NCBI GenBank assembly: GCA_031316235.1
Contig: JALDRA010000001.1
Coordinates: 1,740,001 to 1,772,000 of the forward strand
From: Candidatus Scalindua sp.
GTDB taxonomy: Bacteria; Planctomycetota; Brocadiia; Brocadiales; Scalinduaceae
Reading direction: 5' to 3'
Length of the DNA stretch: 32,000 nt
Part shown: piece by piece, positions 26,177 through 32,000 of the stretch
How the letters are laid out: every line of letters starts with the position of its first letter
How positions within the stretch are numbered: the stretch's first letter is position 1
Translations under genes and position numbers: made by a program
Notes under the pieces: generated by a model
What the model was told of the DNA's origin: nothing
Database searches by the model: none
What the model saw: the letters and a program-made list of their open reading frames with translations, nothing else

Positions 26177-26785
26177 TTAATTGATATGAGGAAGATCAAA
26201 GGGGAATTTAAACTCTTTACCGTCAGGATCTGTAACCACAAGAGTTATAATTGAATCGATTATAATTTCTTCAGCTGGAAATTTGAATACGCACCCTGCT
26301 ACATAAAGTGGTGTTTCTGGATAAAAGCTGCTTGGTTCTGCAAATTCTGGAAAATACGAAAGAACAGGGTATATCATTTTTTCGTTACAGTAAAGAATGG
26401 CATTATAACCACGTGCAAACTGCATGAAGTCACCAAAGACAGACACCGTAAACGTTAAGCTTTCCTTAATGCGCAAAGCCTTAAAAATCTCATCCTGGGT
26501 CAAACTTCTTTTTTCAACAGCTGCCTTTTTAGATTTAAAAGCCAGGTTATGATAAGGTGACCATAATGTTGCCCAGCCCTCCTTTTCACCCAAATGAAAA
26601 ACCCATGGTTTTGTGAATTCTCCTAAACTCTGAAGTTTATTTTTCTGCCCATATTCAATTGCCTCGTTAATCTGGCTGCCGCTCAGAGTAAATGTCATGC
26701 AATGAGCTTTATTATAGTTAAGGCATAAAAATGCACAAAAGATTAAGAAGATAGCTACATTTTTGATCTGTTTTTTTCTACCCAT
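26177..26785 (-). CDS. secreted or membrane-anchored hypothetical protein (202 aa)
   Basis: It starts with ATG and has a hydrophobic N-terminus (NVAIFLIFCAFLCLNY). It begins 12 nt after the upstream DjlA-like gene, suggesting an operon. I recognise no family. Confidence 0.7.
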   Translation of the reverse strand: MGRKKQIKNVAIFLIFCAFLCLNYNKAHCMTFTLSGSQINEAIEYGQKNKLQSLGEFTKPWVFHLGEKEGWATLWSPYHNLAFKSKKAAVEKRSLTQDEIFKALRIKESLTFTVSVFGDFMQFARGYNAILYCNEKMIYPVLSYFPEFAEPSSFYPETPLYVAGCVFKFPAEEIIIDSIITLVVTDPDGKEFKFPFDLPHIN

Positions 26786-26797
26786 ATTTATTACCTA

Positions 26798-27547
26798 CTA
26801 AAAACCTTTCTCCTTCCTTATTTCCTCATATGCGGTATTTATATGTTGGAATTTATTATTTGCCAGTTTAGCAAATTCCTCTCCTAAATGAGTAACCCTG
26901 TCAGGGTGATACTGCTTAGAAAGCATTCGGTATGCTTTTTTGATCTCTTCATTCGAAGAGTTTCTGCTAACATTTAATATTTTATAATTCTTGTCATTGT
27001 CAACACAAAATTCACCTCGTATTTCGAAAGCATCGCCTGGTTTTATTTCCAGGTACTCTATGATGTGAATAATCATAGAGTCCTCATTAGGATGCAACGC
27101 CCCATCAGCGTATGCTACCAGATAAACGATTCTTAATAAAGATAATCTTTCTTCATAATTAGAGTATAGCTTAAATTCATGACACACATCACGCAGGTTT
27201 AATTGTACTCTGGTTGTTTGCTGTATTAAATTTCTGATAAAGTTAAGGTCATCTCCTTTAAAACCGAAGTTTACAAAGGCCCTTTCTATCACCTTTACTT
27301 CATGCGGACTTAAACGTCCATCAGCTTTCGCAATCGATACAAGTATGCCAACCAAGTGAGTCACGAAATTTAAAGACCTGTCATAATCGTTCAATGGTTT
27401 TGTTGGATAGGTTTCCAGAGTGGTCTTATCAAAAAAGTCACCTGTTACACCACCGAGAATAGCCCCTAATGGTCCTCCGAATAACCATCCCAAGCCAGCA
27501 CCAATTGCTTTACCTTTCCATTTAGCCACGTTTTCTAAATCCTCCAA
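26798..27547 (-). CDS. DjlA-like co-chaperone: glycine-zipper N-terminus, TerB-like repeats, C-terminal J domain
   Basis: The C-terminal J domain is [30 protein letters not shown], with the HPD motif. Two TerB-like segments are present ([18 protein letters not shown] and [16 protein letters not shown]). The N-terminus is [22 protein letters not shown]. There is no in-frame ATG near the 5' end. The start is TTG 27547 or, more likely, GTG 27529, which lies 11 nt after GGAGGA. Confidence 0.85.
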   Translation of the reverse strand: MEDLENVAKWKGKAIGAGLGWLFGGPLGAILGGVTGDFFDKTTLETYPTKPLNDYDRSLNFVTHLVGILVSIAKADGRLSPHEVKVIERAFVNFGFKGDDLNFIRNLIQQTTRVQLNLRDVCHEFKLYSNYEERLSLLRIVYLVAYADGALHPNEDSMIIHIIEYLEIKPGDAFEIRGEFCVDNDKNYKILNVSRNSSNEEIKKAYRMLSKQYHPDRVTHLGEEFAKLANNKFQHINTAYEEIRKEKGF

Positions 27548-27607
27548 ATAGTAAAAACTAATATCCTCTTTTGCATTACATATCGAAGAGATGTTCTTGT
27601 CCCTCGT

Positions 27608-28378
27608 TTACCTCCTCTGTATGAGATTGGATTTTAATCCTTCCTGAATATTTTTTTCCTTTATTTTATCCTGTGCTATCTCAATATTAAATTTTGCTTC
27701 ATGTATTTCCGGATTGAGCGTCAAAACTTCTTCCCATCTTGCTATTGCATCTTCATACTTCCCCTGTCGGTATAGACTAATTGCCATATTCAGAAGATCT
27801 TCAACAAGAGAAGCTTCGAGTTTTTTCTGTGTTTTCTTAATAAGGCTTTCACGGTTTTCTTCACCGACTTCTTTTACCTCCTTCTCTAGTTTCACCGTTG
27901 TATCTATAGATTGAGGTTCTTTGGTTAATAATTTTTCATACGCTATTTCCAATTCCACCAGCTGGGCTTTGATACTATCCTTATCAGTTTCAACAGAGGT
28001 GAGCTGTTGTCTTATTTCCTGGATCTGGTTCCTTGTTTCAGACAGTTCATCTTGCAGGCGGCTGTTTTCATTCAGATGTGATTCCTGAAGGTCTTCAATA
28101 CCTGTAAGTTTGTTTTTTAATTGTACGTATTCTTCATGGAACGGTTCTATTTCCAGTTCCTGTTTTTGTGATACACTAAGAGTCGTTGCAAGTTCATCAT
28201 TTTTAATGTTTATACTTTCTACTTTATCTGACAACATGATCACCTGCTCTTCGAGTATACCAATCCTTTTTGTTTTGCCAGTAGAAAAATTCTCCCATTG
28301 AGTACAACCTGCATTTAAGAACCCCATCAAAATAATGGCAGAGATCAACCGAAAAATCCTTCTATTCCTGTTTATCAT
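27608..28378 (-). CDS. probable lipoprotein or secreted coiled-coil protein with a C-terminal TPR motif
   Basis: The signal sequence MINRNRRIFRLISAIILMGFLNAG-C is lipobox-like but imperfect. A long heptad-rich Glu/Lys/Leu/Gln region follows. The C-terminal segment AISLYRQGKYEDAIARWEEVLTLNPEIHEAKFNIEIAQ is a TPR. Confidence 0.8.
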   Translation of the reverse strand: MINRNRRIFRLISAIILMGFLNAGCTQWENFSTGKTKRIGILEEQVIMLSDKVESINIKNDELATTLSVSQKQELEIEPFHEEYVQLKNKLTGIEDLQESHLNENSRLQDELSETRNQIQEIRQQLTSVETDKDSIKAQLVELEIAYEKLLTKEPQSIDTTVKLEKEVKEVGEENRESLIKKTQKKLEASLVEDLLNMAISLYRQGKYEDAIARWEEVLTLNPEIHEAKFNIEIAQDKIKEKNIQEGLKSNLIQRR

Positions 28379-28501
28379 AATTTGATACCTCTCTTGAAAA
28401 AGTTATTATCAGATTTTTTGTGATTGCGGGTAGTTATTTTTAACTGCCTTAAAAGAGGTAATGTGTGGTCTACCCGATAATTGCACTGTAAGTGACAGGT
28501 A

Positions 28502-28681
28502 TCAAAGCTTATGGCTTAAAATAGCTAATTGTGTGATTGCAAGTTCCTCAACTTTTCGAGATTGATGCAGAATCTGTTCCCACTCCTTCTTTGTTCCTAC
28601 CGTCTGTCCTCTCTTCAAACGTGCATCCAGTTTTTGCAGATCAAGCTCAAGCAGTTTAAGTCTGTTTTTTATCTCTTCCAT
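28502..28681 (-). CDS. possible small coiled-coil protein (59 aa)
   Basis: From ATG 28681 it reads MEEIKNRLKLLELDLQKLDARLKRGQ... and is heptad-like. I see no clear SD or family. The track start at 28702 is a TTG. Confidence 0.35.
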   Translation of the reverse strand: MEEIKNRLKLLELDLQKLDARLKRGQTVGTKKEWEQILHQSRKVEELAITQLAILSHKL

Positions 28682-28773
28682 TGTCGGGATTTGTGCTAAC
28701 AAAAAGACAGTAAATTATAGGCTATTATCGTCATTCTACTTAACAACAAACCTATGTCAAATAATTTCCAAGA

Positions 28774-28802
28774 TTGACATGATAAAAAACAAGGGATATA
28801 GT
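28774..28802 (+). promoter_or_regulatory. candidate strong sigma70-type promoter (TTGACA-17 nt-TATAGT) upstream of tilS
   Basis: The -35 element is a consensus TTGACA (28774-28779), the spacer is exactly 17 nt, and the -10 element is TATAGT (28797-28802). The -35 element overlaps the first ATG of the longest tilS ORF. Confidence 0.45.
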
Positions 28803-28829
28803 TGGGTTATGGTACCGTTACAAGAGCAG

Positions 28830-30275
28830 ATGATTGATATGATAAAGAACTATCACCTTTTTGACAAGCATGATGCGATTTTATTGGCTATTTCCGGAGG
28901 GCCGGATTCCGTTGCACTCCTGAATCTTCTCACCCAGACAAATCAAATTGTAAACATTTATTCAGAACTGTATCTGGCTCATTTAAACCACTTGCTGAGG
29001 GGAGAAGAGTCGGAACAGGATGAGCTGTTTGTCAGGGATATAGCCGGAATCCACAACCTCCCTATCATGGTTGAACAGAGGAATATCAGAGAGAGTTCCC
29101 GTATACGGAAACTCTCTCTGGAAGAGGCTGCACGCGAGGAGAGATATGATTTTCTGGGAGCAGCAGCCAGGCAGTTTAATACTCGTGTTATTGTGGTGGG
29201 TCATACTGCAGATGATAATGCTGAAACTATACTGCACAGGATAATCAGAGGTACGGGGATTACAGGGTTGAATGGTATGAGACCGAAGCGGAGACTTTTT
29301 CCCTCTTCAACAGTTGAGCTTGTGCGTCCGTTGTTGTCAGTATGGAGGGACGATATAATTGCTTATTTAAAAAAGATGAATATCCCTTACAGAACCGATT
29401 CCACAAATCTCGGCATTGATACCTTTCGAAGCAGATGCAGAGTTGAACTTATTCCACTCCTTGAAAAGAATTACAATATTAAGGTAAAACAGTCACTCAA
29501 GAGGCTGGGAGAAATATCCACCCAAAACTCCAACTTTCTGCATTCGGAGGCAGATCTCTTGTATGAGAAAGTTTTATTACATAAAAGGAAAGAGACCGAT
29601 ACTGTATTTCGGGACATTGGCTTTGACCTTGCACTTTTCAAGAAGACCCCGGAGATTCTACAGCAGATTATCATGAAAAAGGCGCTGGTAGAGTTGGGGG
29701 TACCTCTGAAAAAATTTGGCCATAAGCAGTATAAGTGCCTTTTAGCTCTGCTTAAGCAGGAGAGGAGCTCTATCACGAGGCGTATCAACGATTACGTGAC
29801 TGCTGAAATAAAAAACAATACCCTCCGTCTCTTCAGAGTGAAATATCATGCTGATCTGATACCTATCTTGGAAGAAATAAAACTTCTGGTACCGGGTGAA
29901 ACGAGTCTCAAAGGGTTCGAGTGTACGTTTACAACAGAAATCAGAGAAATCACGGGTGAGTTTTTAGAGCAGTATAAACGGAACAAGAAGAGATACGAAG
30001 AAGTCGTTGACCTGGAAGAGATCAGGATGCCTCTTACCGTCAGGACGAGGAGGAGGGGAGACAGGTTTTTTCCATTGGGATCTGATAGTTCTAAAAAACT
30101 TAAAGATTTTTTCATCGATAGTAAAATCGCACAGAAAGAACGGGATATGATTCCCATAGTAACTATGCAGGACCAACCTATATGGGTAGTGGGATATCGG
30201 ATTGACAATCGTATCAGAGTTTCTGAAAAAACTGAGAAACTATTGATAATGAAGGCTGAACAACATGAAAAGTGA
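28830..30275 (+). CDS. tilS: tRNA(Ile)-lysidine synthase
   Basis: It has the PP-loop AILLAISGGPDSVALLNLL, then VVGHTADDNAETILHRIIRGTG. The C-terminal TilS domain is RTRRRGDRFFPLG...KKLKDFFIDSKI...PIWVVGYRIDNR. The longest ORF starts at 28779. I chose ATG 28830 (28839 is the alternative) because of the promoter above and because about 20 residues before the PP-loop strand is the usual spacing. Confidence 0.9.
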   Translation: MIDMIKNYHLFDKHDAILLAISGGPDSVALLNLLTQTNQIVNIYSELYLAHLNHLLRGEESEQDELFVRDIAGIHNLPIMVEQRNIRESSRIRKLSLEEAAREERYDFLGAAARQFNTRVIVVGHTADDNAETILHRIIRGTGITGLNGMRPKRRLFPSSTVELVRPLLSVWRDDIIAYLKKMNIPYRTDSTNLGIDTFRSRCRVELIPLLEKNYNIKVKQSLKRLGEISTQNSNFLHSEADLLYEKVLLHKRKETDTVFRDIGFDLALFKKTPEILQQIIMKKALVELGVPLKKFGHKQYKCLLALLKQERSSITRRINDYVTAEIKNNTLRLFRVKYHADLIPILEEIKLLVPGETSLKGFECTFTTEIREITGEFLEQYKRNKKRYEEVVDLEEIRMPLTVRTRRRGDRFFPLGSDSSKKLKDFFIDSKIAQKERDMIPIVTMQDQPIWVVGYRIDNRIRVSEKTEKLLIMKAEQHEK

Positions 30276-31227
30276 AGAAAAGGAGTTCAATCCTGCTGCT
30301 ACGTCACAAATTTTATGGATACTTACAGGAACAACGGCCAGTGATAAAACCGACATAGGTTTTCACATTGCACAGAAAATTGAAGGTGAGATACTCTCCG
30401 CAGATTCAATGCTTATTTATCGAGGAATGGATATCGGGACAGCAAAACCCTCCCTAGAGATGAGAAAGAATATTCCCCATCATTTGATAGATATTGTTGA
30501 TCCGTGGGAAAATTACAGTGTTGGGAAATATGTTGAAGATGCTGAAAATGTTATGAGTACCCTTCATAGAAAAAGGAGAAACTTTATTATTGTCGGAGGC
30601 ACACCCCTTTACATTAAGGGAATTAGAGACGGTATATTCAGGAGTCCCGAAGCTGATTGGAAAATCCGTGAAGAGCTGGAGAGATACGCTCACGAAAAAG
30701 GGAATTTGTATGTTCACGGTATTCTTGAGAAGATAGACCCCGTTACGGCCAGGAAACTGCACCCGAATAATATGAGACGAATAATTCGTGCTATAGAGGT
30801 GTATAGGAAAACCGGAAGACAGATGTCAGATCTCCAAGAACTTCACAGGCAGAAAAAGAGGAATTGTATAATAGTATGCATAACAAGAGAGAGGGAGGAT
30901 CGGTACAAGAGGATACATAAAAGGATTGATATAATGTTTGATAATGGCCTTGTTGACGAGGTTCAATCCCTGCTTGATTCTCCAAAAGGGCTCGGCAGAC
31001 AAGCAGGGCAGGCACTTGGGTATAGAGAAGTCATTCACTATCTTCAGGGTAACTGTACATTGGATGAGGCAAAAGTTATGTTAAAATTACACACCCGCAG
31101 GTTTTCCAAGAGGCAAATGACCTGGTTTCGGAGTTTTTCAAATATCAAGTGGTTAGAGGTAAAAGAAGGAGATAGCCTGGAATCGATTTCTGAGAAGATT
31201 ATTTCGGTTTTCAAGGGGAAGGTATAG
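30265..31227 (+). CDS. miaA: tRNA dimethylallyltransferase
   Basis: LSADSMLIYRGMDIGTAKPS, HHLIDIVDP, IIVGGTPLYIKG and RRFSKRQMTWFR are MiaA hallmarks. It overlaps the tilS stop by 11 nt. Confidence 0.93.
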   Translation: MKSEEKEFNPAATSQILWILTGTTASDKTDIGFHIAQKIEGEILSADSMLIYRGMDIGTAKPSLEMRKNIPHHLIDIVDPWENYSVGKYVEDAENVMSTLHRKRRNFIIVGGTPLYIKGIRDGIFRSPEADWKIREELERYAHEKGNLYVHGILEKIDPVTARKLHPNNMRRIIRAIEVYRKTGRQMSDLQELHRQKKRNCIIVCITREREDRYKRIHKRIDIMFDNGLVDEVQSLLDSPKGLGRQAGQALGYREVIHYLQGNCTLDEAKVMLKLHTRRFSKRQMTWFRSFSNIKWLEVKEGDSLESISEKIISVFKGKV

Positions 31228-31279
31228 CGTTTGAACTCTCCATAGAGCTATTGCCGGGGGGTTGAGTAAACATTTCTTA

Positions 31280-31307
31280 TTGAAGACTATTCAAATTCCC
31301 GTATAAT
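31280..31307 (+). promoter_or_regulatory. candidate sigma70-type promoter (TTGAAG-16 nt-TATAAT)
   Basis: The -35 element is TTGAAG (31280-31285), the spacer is 16 nt, and the -10 element is a consensus TATAAT (31302-31307). It lies about 50 nt upstream of ATG 31357. Confidence 0.35.
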
Positions 31308-31356
31308 GTTTAAAAATATTTCAGGACAGAAAGAGTTTTTATAAAGGCAGCACATT

Positions 31357-32000
31357 ATGCCAATTACCTATAAACAGCTAAAAACGCTCGAAGAGTTAAA
31401 GCCTTGCGAAAAGCTGCAGGAAGCGGTATGGGAATTTAATAAGAGCGACATAATACCATCAAGATTTATGCGACTGCTGTGTATACATGGAGGATTTGCC
31501 ATGGGGGCTTTTGACGCAGAGGCTATGATAGGTTTCGTGTTTGGTATTCCGGCAATTCACTATGGAAGACCGTCACAACATTCACACATGTTAGCAGTAT
31601 TGCCGGAATATCGCAATCAAAACGTGGGATTTCAATTGAAAAGAGCTCAACGGAAAAATGCCCTGAGCCGCAAATTAGATCTCATAACCTGGGCATTTGA
31701 CCCACTCCAATCCAAAAACGCTCACCTCAATATAAATAAGTTAGGCGTTATTGCCTGCAGCTATGATATAAACCTCTATGGAGAAGAAACTTCCAGCAAA
31801 CTGCACAGCGGGCTGGGTACTGACAGATTACTTGCTGAATGGTGGCTTGTCAGTGATAAAGTTACCGCTCTCATGGAAGGACGGACACAGGAGGTTGAAG
31901 AAAAATACTCTGTCAACGGCACACACATTAACAGGACCCGGCTGGATAATAAGGGTTTTCTCATTCCCCTTGAACCGGATTTAACCCTGACAAACGGAGT
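31357..32000 (+). CDS. GNAT-fold protein of the uncharacterised COG3375-like family, 3'-truncated by the window edge
   Basis: Absent from the track because it is open-ended. The frame is open from ATG 31357 to the window end (214 codons, checked codon by codon). MLAVLPEYRNQNVGFQLKRAQRKNALSRKLDLITWAFDPLQSKNAHLNINKLGVIACSYDINLYGE...GTDRLLAEWWL matches my memory of that GNAT-like family (..WTFDPL...NA.LNI.KLG....Y..N.YG). Confidence 0.8.
   Translation, partial: MPITYKQLKTLEELKPCEKLQEAVWEFNKSDIIPSRFMRLLCIHGGFAMGAFDAEAMIGFVFGIPAIHYGRPSQHSHMLAVLPEYRNQNVGFQLKRAQRKNALSRKLDLITWAFDPLQSKNAHLNINKLGVIACSYDINLYGEETSSKLHSGLGTDRLLAEWWLVSDKVTALMEGRTQEVEEKYSVNGTHINRTRLDNKGFLIPLEPDLTLTNG

Overview
This is a bacterial chromosomal window that looks moderately AT-rich by eye (not computed). 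It is densely packed with housekeeping genes on both strands.

Recognisable blocks:
- prs followed by the start of L25/ctc at the left edge.
- The conserved thrS-infC-rpmI-rplT-pheS-pheT translation cluster.
- A DksA/TraR zinc-finger gene.
- A minus-strand run: Cas4-like PD-(D/E)XK nuclease, RlmI-type methyltransferase, a hypothetical gene, and an RluE-like pseudouridine synthase.
- A DUF3109-like gene paired with a VOC-fold gene.
- Futalosine-pathway menaquinone genes mqnB and mqnD, preceded by a signal-anchored methyltransferase.
- dapF and lysC (lysine/DAP pathway).
- Nucleotide-sugar and envelope genes: UDP-glucuronate decarboxylase, a MurC-type ligase and gmd.
- A PHI/HxlB-type SIS protein and yggT.
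- A small ComEA-like secreted helix-hairpin-helix (HhH) protein.
- A three-gene putative envelope operon: coiled-coil/TPR lipoprotein, TerB plus J-domain DjlA-like protein, and an unknown secreted protein.
- tilS-miaA, and a GNAT-fold gene that runs off the right edge.

I found no rRNA, tRNA, CRISPR array, transposase, integrase or recognisable defence or toxin gene. I cannot honestly name a clear novel multi-gene system here.

The least ordinary features are:
1. A 0.75-kb gene-free, hairpin-dense gap (17158-17913). It contains a 154-nt long hairpin with a perfect 22-bp outer stem.
2. A phosphopentomutase (deoB) remnant with a large internal deletion.
3. The ComEA-like gene bracketed by ~25-nt inverted repeats.
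4. An ATGA-coupled pair of a Cas4-like nuclease and an RlmI-like methyltransferase.
5. Several start-codon and domain peculiarities: an ATT start in infC, a PheT lacking the OB-fold domain, and a MiaA P-loop variant.

All functional calls come from by-eye motif recognition. No database search was possible.
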